This document shows positions 19,601-29,154 of a stretch of 64,000 bases of DNA, one piece after another. The DNA is taken from contig CAWBBV010000001.1 of assembly GCA_963787125.1 (NCBI GenBank), positions 64,001 to 128,000 on the forward strand. The letters run 5' to 3'. The translations under genes were made by a program, and so were the position numbers. This DNA comes from an uncultured delta proteobacterium. Lineage in GTDB: Bacteria > Desulfobacterota > Desulfuromonadia > Geobacterales > DSM-12255. The notes beneath the pieces are model-generated. The model was not told the DNA's origin, did not search any database, and was given only the letters and a program-made list of their open reading frames with translations. Position 1 is the first letter of the stretch. Each line of letters starts with the position of its first letter.

Positions 19601-19887
19601 CCTATTACGGTGTTCTGAAGCCGCTCTTTGCCCAGTGCGAGCTGGGAGAGACCGAGTGTGAGGCCGTTGCCGCCGATGTTGCCCTGGCAATCCAGGCCAT
19701 ACTGGAGCGGCACTGGAAGGTGCAGTTCTGGGATGACAGCGATGCCCAGAATAAGGTGGTCAACGATATTGACGACTATCTGTATGACGAGGTGAGGGGC
19801 AAAAACGGTATCGAACTCAGTCTGGAGCAGATGGATGAAATAATCAGGAAGGCGCTGGGTGTGACGGAAAGCAGGAGAAGGAAATAG
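16690..19887 (+). CDS. hsdR: Type I restriction endonuclease subunit R
   Basis: PDIVLFVNGIPLGVIECK nuclease motif, HTQGSGKS, DESHR, FTGTP, QAIARVNR. Confidence 0.97.
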   Translation: MTGFRFNEKYLSQIPALQLLIKLGYEYLPPEKALAQRQRKTGNVLLEGILRDQLKRLNRINYKGREFLFSEENIQTAIQKLKSVKYDGLLKTNEAIYDLITLGTALEQSIEGDSKSFNLNYIDWRNWERNVFHVTAEFSVDRFRSSESARPDIVLFVNGIPLGVIECKSPNVEVEQAISQSIRNQNDDYIPRLFVFAQLVIGVNKNAAQYATAGTAAKFWGIWKELRDKEADVAGCVNTALSPEKKDLLFSGEFTVARSFFDAHEAEGERLVTEQDRTLYSLCRPERLLELAFKFTLFDGGIKKIARYQQYFVVKSTLERIRQLDADGRRRGGIIWHTQGSGKSLTMVMLGRGLALDPGVTNPRIVLVTDRDDLDKQLGNTFAACGLDPNRATSGRHLMELVSEHKASIVTTLIHKFDKALNLRKFQDDSPDIFMLIDESHRTNFGNFSARMRQMFPNACYIGFTGTPLLKKEKNNFVKFGGLIEPHYSINQAVEDGAVVPLLYEGRLVEMEQNKAAIDLWFERHTQGLTKEQKADLKRKFAKASMLNKADQVVYMRAFDISEHFRANWQGTGFKAQLVAPSKAVALKYQQHLETIGFISSEVVISAPDSREGYEETDDEPTDEVVKFWLKMMKRYGSEEEYTKQIINQFKFGSEPEILIVVSKLLTGFDAPRNRVIYICKELKEHTLLQAIARVNRLSEDKDEGFVVDYVGLLGELDKALTMYSAFEGYDEDDLKGTMTSINAEIEKLPQRYSDLWDLFKTVKNSYDEEAYEVLLADDAVREDFYQRLAEYSKSLGITLSAEAFIMNVDDAKLQRYKGDLKRFHNLKAAVKLRYAEAIDYRDYEPKIKKLLDTHIQASEVIQLNEPVNIFDDKMFTAVKEEQGVYGRTTAAKADAIAHATKKVISEKMAEDPAFYEKFSKLIQQAIEDFRAKRISDLEFLNRAMEYRGKVVTRQHDDMPQQLAGSEEAMAYYGVLKPLFAQCELGETECEAVAADVALAIQAILERHWKVQFWDDSDAQNKVVNDIDDYLYDEVRGKNGIELSLEQMDEIIRKALGVTESRRRK

Positions 19888-19889
19888 TC

Positions 19890-20597
19890 ATGCTGCACAG
19901 CTCAGTCACTTATGGCAAGGAAAAGATCAGCTTTCGGGTTCTTCACGGGGCACGGAAAACATTGGGAATTGAAGTTTACCCTGATGGCAGCGTGGTGGTC
20001 AAAGCCCCTGTCGGAGCTGATTCAGGAGCGATCGACAAGAGGATTTTCAAGCGCGCTCGCTGGATAATCCGCCAGCAGGGTTATTTCCGCCAGTTTGAAC
20101 CGCGGACCCCGGCGCGGCAGTTCATCGGCGGCGAGACTCATTTTTATCTCGGCAGGCAGTACCGATTGAAGATCAGTGAGGGAGAGAAAGATACGGTTAA
20201 ATTGAGCCGGGGACATTTTCTGCTTGAGGTCAAAACTTTGCTTGATTCAGGCAGGGTCAGGCAGCTGATGGAGAGGTGGTACGCAGAGAAGGCAGCGATC
20301 AGATTTCAGGAGAGTTTTGAGCGTTGCTGGTCCGGTTTTCCCGGGCAGGGCGCTGATAAACCCCGCCTGCAGATCAGGCGGATGAAAAAGCGATGGGGAA
20401 GCCTGTCGCGTAGCGGCCTGCTTACTCTCAACACAGATTTGATCCGTGCCCCGCAGGAGTGCATTGATTACGTCATCACCCATGAACTTTGCCATACCCT
20501 GCACCATGACCATGGTGCGATATTTTACGCTCTTCTTGGGGAGGTTATGCCCGATTGGGAGAGGCGGAAACACAAGCTAGAGTTGGCGCTGGTCTGA
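19890..20597 (+). CDS. M48/YgjP (DUF45) zinc metallopeptidase-like protein
   Basis: MKKRWGS, DYVITHELCH (HExxH); typical position after hsdR. Confidence 0.9.
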   Translation: MLHSSVTYGKEKISFRVLHGARKTLGIEVYPDGSVVVKAPVGADSGAIDKRIFKRARWIIRQQGYFRQFEPRTPARQFIGGETHFYLGRQYRLKISEGEKDTVKLSRGHFLLEVKTLLDSGRVRQLMERWYAEKAAIRFQESFERCWSGFPGQGADKPRLQIRRMKKRWGSLSRSGLLTLNTDLIRAPQECIDYVITHELCHTLHHDHGAIFYALLGEVMPDWERRKHKLELALV

Positions 20598-20614
20598 TCT
20601 TGGGGGTACCCGCT

Positions 20615-21832
20615 ATGGAAAAGAGAAGAAGCCGCGATTCATTTACGAAGTCGTTGAAGCGAATCTGTCAACGGATCGATGAACAAAGAGTATTTGAAAT
20701 GGATTGTAACTATGCTTTTTTGCCAGGAGTTCAGCACTCTCGATTACGAGTGAAGGCTCTATGGGTGGTCGGTTCATATGCCCGTGGTGCCTTATTTTGC
20801 GGGGATCTCGATCTGGTTGCCGATATTATTAAAGAAGAGGGAGTGATGCCTCTGACAGCGACCGTCTCACGCTCAATCATCGGTCGCGCTCCAGATGTCC
20901 GTTTATACATCGGCACCCCGGAAGAAAATACTTCTGGAGTCACCTTTCCTGAGGAGAAACTGCTCTGGTCGTCTGATGCGTCCGATTGGAGCGCAACCAT
21001 CAATGCGATTCCCGTTGACCCAAAAGCTGCTCGTTTCGAGCGACTGCATGACATACTGCCGCTTCGCAAGGAGCAGATCACAGACTATGGCGACAAAGAT
21101 ACCTTTGAGAAGATCGTTGATTTGTTGAACCAGCAAGTTCTTTCATCCCAGTGGGTTGCAGTCTCTGACATCAGTGTACAGCCTGAAGAATGGTCGTTTG
21201 CGGCAAAAAAGCTTTTCGAATACATTCAACGATGGTGCGGTAAGAAGACGCAAGAAGTCATGCCGTTTGCCATCGAATGGTTCAAGGACAACAACAGGTG
21301 CGACCTCTGGCACCACAAATATAACGAAAAAACGCGTTTCAAAATTGGTGGAGCGGAGGTGTTGGTCGGACGGCCTTGCATCGACTTGTCCCAGCTGGAT
21401 TCTCTTTCCTGTGCCGCCATTGTCATTGTCCCCCATATGTCGCGACGAGGTCCGAATGGCCTGTGGCTTCTCTCGCGTGGGGTCAATCACCCAATCGAAC
21501 AGCAATTTATCGCCTGTAGTGCTTTCTACTTGGCCCAAGGAAAGTGTTCCAGTATTGCTGAAGAATCAGACGGCTGGAAACGTATTCACTCCCTCGAACT
21601 TTTCCAACAGAAAGTGCAGGCCAAGATTCGTAAACAGGAGTTCAAAGGTGACGATGAAGATATTCACTACGACATTGTCAACGCGACAGGCAGTGAACTA
21701 CTTTCATTGATCGCCGCGGTTGATATCGTTGAGATGGATTCAGCCCGTTACCCGATAACACGTAATGGACAGCTCTTTGATGAGGCTGAAAAGCCTGCCC
21801 ACGTGGAAGAGATGGTGGCTGCTTTTTCCTGA
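20615..21832 (+). CDS. Hypothetical protein with an N-terminal Pol-beta nucleotidyltransferase motif
   Basis: LWVVGSYARG-x5-DLDL matches hGS...DxD; long unassigned C-terminus. Confidence 0.7.
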   Translation: MEKRRSRDSFTKSLKRICQRIDEQRVFEMDCNYAFLPGVQHSRLRVKALWVVGSYARGALFCGDLDLVADIIKEEGVMPLTATVSRSIIGRAPDVRLYIGTPEENTSGVTFPEEKLLWSSDASDWSATINAIPVDPKAARFERLHDILPLRKEQITDYGDKDTFEKIVDLLNQQVLSSQWVAVSDISVQPEEWSFAAKKLFEYIQRWCGKKTQEVMPFAIEWFKDNNRCDLWHHKYNEKTRFKIGGAEVLVGRPCIDLSQLDSLSCAAIVIVPHMSRRGPNGLWLLSRGVNHPIEQQFIACSAFYLAQGKCSSIAEESDGWKRIHSLELFQQKVQAKIRKQEFKGDDEDIHYDIVNATGSELLSLIAAVDIVEMDSARYPITRNGQLFDEAEKPAHVEEMVAAFS

Positions 21833-21886
21833 GAGGACAGGACCTTCAGTTGTTGCGCTAGATACGCGCGAGCCTTTTGCGCCGCC

Positions 21887-24097
21887 TTACGCCCGCTCCA
21901 AACCCGCAAACCTGACCAGCAGCTTCTTCGGCCCTGCCGAGGTGAACCAGACAATCACCTTCTGACTGTCGCCCTCCCCTTCAATTTTGCGGATCGTGCC
22001 GACGCCGAACTTGGCGTGGCGAACTTTCATGCCGATCTGAACGCCATCTTCAGAATCATCGGGCACCGTTTCGACTTCGTTCGGCTCAACTTCGCCGGCG
22101 GCAAATACCGCTGCCAGGTTATGACCGGCGTATTCTGCCACCGGTATTCGGTTTATACTCCCCCAGCTGCTGACGGCTGACTCCACGGTTTCACTTTCCA
22201 GGTGCTCTCGCGGGATATCGGCGAGAAACCGTGACGGCTGATTGTACTGATCCTGGCCGAAGATCCTCCGACGGCGGGCGTTAGTCATGTAAAGCCGCTC
22301 TCTGGCCCGCGTCATCCCCACATAACAGAGGCGCCGCTCCTCCTCCATCTGCTCAGGATCTTCCAGTGAGCGCACATGGGGGAAAAGTTTTTCTTCCATG
22401 CCGACCATGAATACCAGCGGGAATTCCAACCCTTTGGCGGCATGGATTGTCATGAGTGTGGCAGAATCCCGGCTCGCGTCGCTGCGCTCCAGGTCTGAAA
22501 CCAGCGCTACCTGTTCCAGGAACTGGGAAAGATCCGAGTCACTGCCCCCTTTGGCAAACTGCTCCATTGCCACCAGCAGCTCTTCCAGATTGGCAAGGCG
22601 GTCAGCCGCTTCACTTGTCCGCTCTTCTTTCAGCTTTGCCGTATAGCCGGTTTCATTCATGACCATGGCAGCCAGTTCTGCCAAAGGCAGTTCGGCAGCG
22701 CTCGTGCGCATTTTTACCATGAAGGCGGCAAAAGCGGCCACCTTCGCCCGTGGCCCGCTCGTGAGGAGATTGCCGCTGGCGGCTTCCTGGAGAGCATCGT
22801 AAAAGACCAGACCTTTGGCGGCAGCAAGCTCGCTGATTCGGTCGGTTGTAGCATGACCGATGCCACGGGGAGGCACGTTGATGATCCTTTTTATGGAGAT
22901 TTCATCAGCCGGATTGTTGAGGACCTTGAGGTAAGCGAGGATATCCTTGACCTCCATCCGCTCATAAAAGCGCATGCCGCCGACCATATGGTAAGGAATC
23001 CCGTCGGCCACAAGGGCATCTTCTACCGAGCGCGACTGGGCATTGGTCCGGTAGAAGACGGCGATATCCTTGAGCGTCCCCCCTTTTCTGACCCAGCGTG
23101 ACGCTTCCTGACAGACGAATCTGGCTTCAGCCCGTTCATCTTCAACTCGCTTGTAGACGATCTTCTCACCGACCGGATTCTCTGTCCAGAGGGTCTTGGC
23201 CTTGCGGCCGCGGTTGCGGGCAACCACCGCGCCGGCAGCAGTGAGGATATTGCTGGTGGAGCGATAGTTCTGCTCCAGTTTGACAACCGTGACTCCGGGA
23301 AAATCCCGCTCAAAATCGAGAATATTTCTGATATCTGCGCCACGCCAACGGTAGATCGACTGATCATCGTCACCGACTACACAAAGGTTGCGCCGCTCGC
23401 CTGCCAGGAGTTTGACCAGACGGTACTGCACGGGATTGGTGTCCTGATACTCATCAACCAGGAGCCAATGCCACTTCTCCCGGTAATGGTGAAGAACTTC
23501 AGGGAATTCCTCAAAAAGCCTGACGGTATAAAGGAGCAGATCGCCGAAATCAAGGGCATTGCACTTGGCCAGTCTTTTCTGGTAAGCGCTGTAGACTCTG
23601 ACAAGCCGCTCCGCCATCTGGTCGCCGGTGGCAAGATCTTCCGGTGAGTTCCCCGCATTTTTGCATTCATCAATTGCTGCCGCAAAGGCTTTGGCCGGAT
23701 ACTTCTTTTCATCAATATTCTGCTCAATGATGACCTCTTTCAGCAGCCGTTCGCTCTCCTTGTCATCATAAATCGCAAAGTTGCTGCCAAAGCCGAGCCG
23801 GCCGATCTCACGGCGCAGAATCCGCACACAGGTGGCGTGAAATGTTGCAATGAGCGGGGTCTCCAGGCCGCCAAGAAGCTTTTCGACCCGCTCCCTCATC
23901 TCCCCTGCCGCTTTGTTGGTAAAGGTGACGGCCAGGATCTGCCAGGGACGAACGCCATGCTCTTGAATCAACCAGGCGATCCGGTGGACGATTACCCGTG
24001 TCTTGCCGGAACCGGCGCCGGCTAGAACGAGCAGCGGCCCTGTACCATGGCTGACAGCCTGTTGCTGCGGAGTGTTAAGATGCCTGAGCAGTTTCAT
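21887..24097 (-). CDS. pcrA: UvrD/PcrA ATP-dependent DNA helicase
   Basis: AGAGSGKT, DEYQDTN, QNYRST, EERRLCYVGMTRA, C-terminal Tudor-like domain. Confidence 0.97.
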   Translation of the reverse strand: MKLLRHLNTPQQQAVSHGTGPLLVLAGAGSGKTRVIVHRIAWLIQEHGVRPWQILAVTFTNKAAGEMRERVEKLLGGLETPLIATFHATCVRILRREIGRLGFGSNFAIYDDKESERLLKEVIIEQNIDEKKYPAKAFAAAIDECKNAGNSPEDLATGDQMAERLVRVYSAYQKRLAKCNALDFGDLLLYTVRLFEEFPEVLHHYREKWHWLLVDEYQDTNPVQYRLVKLLAGERRNLCVVGDDDQSIYRWRGADIRNILDFERDFPGVTVVKLEQNYRSTSNILTAAGAVVARNRGRKAKTLWTENPVGEKIVYKRVEDERAEARFVCQEASRWVRKGGTLKDIAVFYRTNAQSRSVEDALVADGIPYHMVGGMRFYERMEVKDILAYLKVLNNPADEISIKRIINVPPRGIGHATTDRISELAAAKGLVFYDALQEAASGNLLTSGPRAKVAAFAAFMVKMRTSAAELPLAELAAMVMNETGYTAKLKEERTSEAADRLANLEELLVAMEQFAKGGSDSDLSQFLEQVALVSDLERSDASRDSATLMTIHAAKGLEFPLVFMVGMEEKLFPHVRSLEDPEQMEEERRLCYVGMTRARERLYMTNARRRRIFGQDQYNQPSRFLADIPREHLESETVESAVSSWGSINRIPVAEYAGHNLAAVFAAGEVEPNEVETVPDDSEDGVQIGMKVRHAKFGVGTIRKIEGEGDSQKVIVWFTSAGPKKLLVRFAGLERA

Positions 24098-24243
24098 CTG
24101 TTTCCTTGAATTTCGTGTTCTCTCACCCGGAAATTATTAGCAGATTACACCCTCTTTTGCCATTGGAAAGAGAGTTTAACCTTGCCTCTACGGCGTATGA
24201 TGGTAAAATTTCATCAGGTATCAAGAGCAAAAAGGGGGGGATT

Positions 24244-24867
24244 ATGAAAATGGCGACAATAAAAAGGTTACTGCTGTCAGGCAGCTTGCTGCTGATGTTG
24301 GCAGGCTGCGCTACGCTTGACGTTACACCGAAAAAGGCGCTCTCTCCGGCAACTGACAAACAGAGTGTGACAATCGGGATTCAGGCTTCTGGTGACCGGC
24401 TTGTGGAAACGCTCAACGCAGCAGACGGAGCACTGGTAAAATCTGCTTCAGGGACGCTCTTTGACAGGGTAATCATATTGCCAAAAGAGTCGAAATACCA
24501 GCTGCCCCAGGAGGTAAAAGCGGCCCACGCGGTTGACTATATCCTCTCGATCGGCATCGGCGATATCAGTGTCAGCGGCGACCTTAACCCGCTCTGGTTT
24601 GCTTCGCTGCCACTCCTCTTTTTTAAAGTCTATGCGCCGATAATCACCTTTCAGCCGGGGATCTCACTTGATATGACCCTGCGTGACGCTACCAGCGGCG
24701 CGGTACTTATGCAGAAGCAGGTGATGGAGGTAAGTTCAGACCACTACGCACCTTCAGACCCCGGGGCAAAAGTGCGGCAGCTGATTTCCCTGACGATCAA
24801 CAATGCCCTGGTGGCGATAATGCGTGATGCCCAGCAAAGTATTGCAGCGGCAAGAAAGGGTAAATAG
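24244..24867 (+). CDS. Hypothetical lipoprotein
   Basis: Lipobox LAGC after a hydrophobic stretch. Confidence 0.8.
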   Translation: MKMATIKRLLLSGSLLLMLAGCATLDVTPKKALSPATDKQSVTIGIQASGDRLVETLNAADGALVKSASGTLFDRVIILPKESKYQLPQEVKAAHAVDYILSIGIGDISVSGDLNPLWFASLPLLFFKVYAPIITFQPGISLDMTLRDATSGAVLMQKQVMEVSSDHYAPSDPGAKVRQLISLTINNALVAIMRDAQQSIAAARKGK

Positions 24868-24880
24868 GTAAAGCGCTCCG

Positions 24881-26128
24881 GTGCTTCTTAAACCTGCCAA
24901 ATCGGGCTCTCTCGAGCTGATCAGCCGTTTTCTGAAAGAGCTGTTTCCACGCCAATGCTGGCCGTTGCTCTGGCTTGCCGGCGGGACTGTCCGGGATATT
25001 CTTCTCGACAAGGAGATCAAAGATATTGATCTGGTTGCCGCACTGCCGCCCGGAGTGCTTGCAACGCTCGGCTTCAATCATGTTCAAGCGCTCACAACCA
25101 CTCCCATCTGGTTCCGTCACTTTCATAAACAGGGCAATGTGGAGATAACCTTAGTGGCCGGCATTGAGTCGCTCCCGGAGGACTTAAGCCGGCGTGATTT
25201 CACCTTGAATGCCATGTTGATGTCGCTTGACGGCGAGCTGATCGATCCGCTTGATGGTCAAGAGGATTTAAAGAAACTGCGACTGAAGCCGTGCAGTGAC
25301 AAGATTTTCATGCGCGACCCCATTCGTATTTTCAGAGCCTTCAGGTTTGCGGCAGCCGGATATTATCTTTCGGGAGAAACTGCTGCCCTTATCAAGCAAC
25401 AGAGCTGGGATGAAGAGCTGGAGCGGCTGCCGGTTGAACGGTTCAGCCGGGAAATGCGGCAAGCCCTGCAGTATGCCAACCCCGGCCGGTTCTTTCAGCT
25501 TATGATCGAAACCGGTGTCGGCAGGGGCCTGGTGCCGGAGCTTTTCAGGATGCCGCAAATCGCGGCTGGACCGCTGCAGTATCATCCTGAAGGAGATCTC
25601 TTCAGCCACTCCCTCCAGGTTCTGGAGCGGCTCGCTGCTGTTAGCGACTCAGCTCTGGCAAGGTTTTGCGCTTTTTTCCACGATATCGGCAAGTTTTCTA
25701 CCAACCCTGCATACTATCCCAAGCATCATGGTCACGACGAAGCCGGTTTCAAGCCTGCAGAGGCTTTCTGCAGGCGGCTGGCACTCCCCGCTGAGTACGG
25801 GCGGGCACTGGCATGGACAAGCCGACTGCACGGCAATGCCAACCGGCTCCCCGAGTTGAGACCGGCAACGCGGCTACGAATGGCAGAGCAGGCAACACGC
25901 GGTGGGATAGCTGAGTTGCTCCCCCTGATTGCGGCTGCTGACAAACCTGGCAATGATATAGCCGGTGAGTGGCAAGGAGTTCTTGCTATTGCCGGGATGA
26001 ATATGGGTGAACTCGGGATTGATGTCGAAGAACTCAATTTACTGAAGCCACAAAACCGCTCTGCATTTATTCTCCAGAGGCGAATAGAGCTCCTTAAACG
26101 GTCGGCAGGCGCCGCTACTTCCGCTTGA
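24881..26128 (+). CDS. CCA-adding/poly(A) polymerase family nucleotidyltransferase with HD domain
   Basis: GGTVRD...DIDL, RRDFTLNAM, DPIRIFRAFRF, HPEGD...HDIGK. Confidence 0.9.
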   Translation: MLLKPAKSGSLELISRFLKELFPRQCWPLLWLAGGTVRDILLDKEIKDIDLVAALPPGVLATLGFNHVQALTTTPIWFRHFHKQGNVEITLVAGIESLPEDLSRRDFTLNAMLMSLDGELIDPLDGQEDLKKLRLKPCSDKIFMRDPIRIFRAFRFAAAGYYLSGETAALIKQQSWDEELERLPVERFSREMRQALQYANPGRFFQLMIETGVGRGLVPELFRMPQIAAGPLQYHPEGDLFSHSLQVLERLAAVSDSALARFCAFFHDIGKFSTNPAYYPKHHGHDEAGFKPAEAFCRRLALPAEYGRALAWTSRLHGNANRLPELRPATRLRMAEQATRGGIAELLPLIAAADKPGNDIAGEWQGVLAIAGMNMGELGIDVEELNLLKPQNRSAFILQRRIELLKRSAGAATSA

Positions 26129-28301
26129 GAGCCGGCACTTTCCTTATCACTTTATGGTAACTTTTCACCGAATTGCCAAGGTCCTCCAGCTCCATCATGA
26201 AACCGACGATCTCGAAGTATGCTATCGCATCCTGTAAAACTCTGGTGCACTCCATGGCGTCAGCCGGTTGCTGCTCAGGGGTGCAGATAACTATCTGCTG
26301 GCTCTCAGTCAGATGCCAGGCAACAAAGGCTCTGTAGTGTCCACCGGATTTTGTCGCAATTATATACCCTTTACATCTCTGGGTGTTATTCCCCGCCAGT
26401 ACGGCCTGAACAGTGTTGCTGGAGGAGAGGATTGCAATTATTTCAGCCGGAGCGGAATATTCAATGACGCTCAGCCCCGGGTCGATGCTGAACTCTGTTG
26501 TCGAGAGCCCACTGCTGCCGCAAAAACTGCCAAATTCATTTAAGAGACCGTTAGTGATCTCAGGCTCACCGCTAACAGGTGCATCGGCAATATCATCCTC
26601 CGTTGCAACCGGCACTTGCAGCGGCATGGCAACCGGAATGGAGGGCTGAGTGACTGCCTCAACCGCTTCTGGACGTAACAGTTGAGGCGCAAGTGCTGCT
26701 GCGACAATAGCGGGGTTAGCGGCCGTAATTACCGGCGTTGGCGGCTGTTGTGCCGGGGTCGCCGCCGGTTCGGGCGACGACGCAACTGGAACATTGATAA
26801 TGGCAACAGTGGCGGCCGCTTTCTCTGCTTGAATGCCTGCTGTAAGGGCACCGGTCGGTGGTGGACCGGCGACAAGCAACAGCTTTAATTCGGACAACAG
26901 AGCTGTTTTTTCCATTTCAGCAGCTTGACTCCTGACTTCAATCTCCCGGGATAATCTCAGGATCTCAGCGTCAGCAATGTAGAGCGCATCAAGCAGTTCA
27001 GCCTCTTTGTTGATTTTTTCCGTTGCCATCCTTATGTATTCAGCTTCGACTGCAGTCAAATCAGCCTGAACAGCCTCCCGATCAACAGTCGTTCTGATCA
27101 GTCGTTCGATTTCGGTTTTAGCTGCGGCAAGCTCATCTTCCAGTGTTGCCAGCTTCACTGTCGCAACAGATTCATTGACCAGATTGTCTTGAGCGGTTTC
27201 CAGCTCAGCTTTTAACTGGTCAATCTGCTCATTCAGAATATCAATGTTGCGGCAAAGATCTTCTTCCCGATGTTGTCCGTCTCTCCAGGAGGTTTCAAAA
27301 AGAGACAGAGCGGCAATCTTGTCTTCTGCTGCCGTCTTCTCAGCGAAGAGAAGGGCGCTTAACGAATCTTTTTCAGCGATCAACTGCGAGATCTTCTCGG
27401 CAGCTGAATCCTTTTCTGCTGCAAGCTCATGCATAAGCTGAAAATTCTGGATTTTAAAGCCATCAATTGACCCCTGCAGTGCTGTGATCCGGGCGTTAAG
27501 AGACTCTTCACACAGCGCCGCCTTTCTTGAAGCTACTTCAAGATTGCTTTTCAGTGTTGCTGCCAGTGCCTCTTGTTTACGGATTTCAGGAATGAAAATA
27601 TCCCTTTTGACAGTGTCAATTTCGTTAGCAAGTTTCTCATCACTAAGCTGTTTCAATTCGGCCGCTTTATCAAGTGACGCTTTGAGTGCCGCAATCTCAC
27701 GGACGGCACTCACCTCAAAAGCAAGTTTTTCGCTGGTCATCTTCTCCAGGGCAGCGCGGGTAGATAAAAGCTCGGCCTGAAGAGTGCTAAGCTCTAATGA
27801 AGCGGTCGCGAATTGGCTCGTAGAAATTGCTGCGATATCGTGGGCGGTTGCCAGTGCCAGCACAGATAAAGCCTTTTCAGGGGCAGGAAAACTGGCTTGG
27901 GTGCGTAACACCGGTTTTTTCTGCGGCGGCCGCATGACACTAATTCCTTTAATGATGACCTCGCGCATCGCCAGGCTGAACTCCAGGTTCACTCTCTCCA
28001 TGGAAAAACCCATTGCCTGGACAAATTCTTCTGCCTCTGCTAGAACTTTAGGATAGTCTTCGCTGGTATCAGCAGAGAAGTCCGACGTATAAACAAAGAC
28101 GCTCTTTATCCCCATCTCAAGGAGTGCAACATGCGCCTGCATAGTCTTTTCGACTCTGGAGACACAGATGTATGCTTCGCAAGGATGCCCCCGAAATCTG
28201 GCGTCAGAAAGCTGCACCTCACCTTTGGAACGGTAGATTTCAATGATGTGCTGAGCGGGAATATTGATATAATTCAACGAAGGGTTGATGGCAAAGCTCA
28301 T
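26115..28301 (-). CDS. Coiled-coil protein with related globular domains at both termini
   Basis: Central heptad-rich region, Pro/Ala linker, similar N- and C-terminal domains. Confidence 0.8.
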   Translation of the reverse strand: MSFAINPSLNYINIPAQHIIEIYRSKGEVQLSDARFRGHPCEAYICVSRVEKTMQAHVALLEMGIKSVFVYTSDFSADTSEDYPKVLAEAEEFVQAMGFSMERVNLEFSLAMREVIIKGISVMRPPQKKPVLRTQASFPAPEKALSVLALATAHDIAAISTSQFATASLELSTLQAELLSTRAALEKMTSEKLAFEVSAVREIAALKASLDKAAELKQLSDEKLANEIDTVKRDIFIPEIRKQEALAATLKSNLEVASRKAALCEESLNARITALQGSIDGFKIQNFQLMHELAAEKDSAAEKISQLIAEKDSLSALLFAEKTAAEDKIAALSLFETSWRDGQHREEDLCRNIDILNEQIDQLKAELETAQDNLVNESVATVKLATLEDELAAAKTEIERLIRTTVDREAVQADLTAVEAEYIRMATEKINKEAELLDALYIADAEILRLSREIEVRSQAAEMEKTALLSELKLLLVAGPPPTGALTAGIQAEKAAATVAIINVPVASSPEPAATPAQQPPTPVITAANPAIVAAALAPQLLRPEAVEAVTQPSIPVAMPLQVPVATEDDIADAPVSGEPEITNGLLNEFGSFCGSSGLSTTEFSIDPGLSVIEYSAPAEIIAILSSSNTVQAVLAGNNTQRCKGYIIATKSGGHYRAFVAWHLTESQQIVICTPEQQPADAMECTRVLQDAIAYFEIVGFMMELEDLGNSVKSYHKVIRKVPALKRK

Positions 28302-28397
28302 GGTTCACCCCATTTTCAGCCAGATTTCAGTTATTGTTTTTTAGCGGAATAGACAAACTATACTCTTCACAAGTAGTCGGGATTATAAAGGATAAAC

Positions 28398-28607
28398 ATG
28401 AAAATAAATAGTGATTACATCAAACTGGATAGTTTCCTCAAGGCAGTCAACGAGGTAGCTTCCGGCGGAGAAGCAAAGGTTATTATCGGCGAAGGGTTGG
28501 TAGAAGTTAACAGCGAAACTGAATTCAGACGTGGCAGGAAACTGCGGCCAGGAGACCGCGTTGAGCTGAACGGCAAAGCCTATCGTGTCGAAGGTGAAGA
28601 CGAATGA
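28398..28607 (+). CDS. S4-domain RNA-binding protein (YaaA/YbcJ-like)
   Basis: IKLDSFLK...SGGEAK...RRGRKLRPGD. Confidence 0.9.
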   Translation: MKINSDYIKLDSFLKAVNEVASGGEAKVIIGEGLVEVNSETEFRRGRKLRPGDRVELNGKAYRVEGEDE

Positions 28608-29080
28608 GCGCGATCAAAACGCTGGTGAAACTTTATCAGGCTAAGATCGGCTGTGAAGTTCACGTCGGCGACTGGCTGACCGTTGAGCAGCAAAGAATTG
28701 ATGCTTTTGCTGCTGCAACCGGCGATCTCCAATGGATTCATACCGATCCTGCAAGGGCAGCCATAGAGTCACCGTATCAGGCGACCATTGCTCATGGCTT
28801 CCTGACGCTGTCACTGCTGCCGCTTCTCACTGAAAGCAATGCTGTCGGGACGTTTGAGAAAAACTATCCCGGCATGAAACTGAGGGTCAACTACGGTCTG
28901 GAAAAAGTACGCTTTCCGGCGCCCGTCATAACCGGGGCGAGAGTCAGGGCGAGAAGTCTGGTAACAGCGGTGGAAGAGGTCTCCGGTGGGGTGCAGATCG
29001 CCTACAGAATCACTGTGGAGATAGAGAGTGGAGCAAAGCCTGCTTGTGTGGTGGAGCAGCTTTTCAGGCTTTATCCGTAG
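28604..29080 (+). CDS. MaoC family dehydratase
   Basis: FAAATGDLQWIHTDP, IAHGFLTL, NYGLEKVRF. Confidence 0.92.
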   Translation: MSAIKTLVKLYQAKIGCEVHVGDWLTVEQQRIDAFAAATGDLQWIHTDPARAAIESPYQATIAHGFLTLSLLPLLTESNAVGTFEKNYPGMKLRVNYGLEKVRFPAPVITGARVRARSLVTAVEEVSGGVQIAYRITVEIESGAKPACVVEQLFRLYP

Positions 29081-29100
29081 ATAATATTGTTTTCGCCGAC

Positions 29101-29136
29101 AAAAAAAGCGCCGACCTTGCGGTCAGCGCTTTTTTT
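29101..29136. terminator. Bidirectional intrinsic terminator
   Basis: A7-GCGCCGACC-ttgc-GGTCAGCGC-T7 between convergent genes. Confidence 0.85.
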
Positions 29137-29154
29137 GTCTTGGTGTTGAACCGA

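Noticed and set aside
17464..19713. Long antisense ORFs (333 and 408 aa), and similar ones opposite gatB and glcD
   Set aside because: Shadow ORFs of well-supported GC-rich genes, with no motifs
9201..21886. att sites or integrase bounding the R-M island
   Set aside because: No direct repeat between the two flanks and no recombinase found by eye
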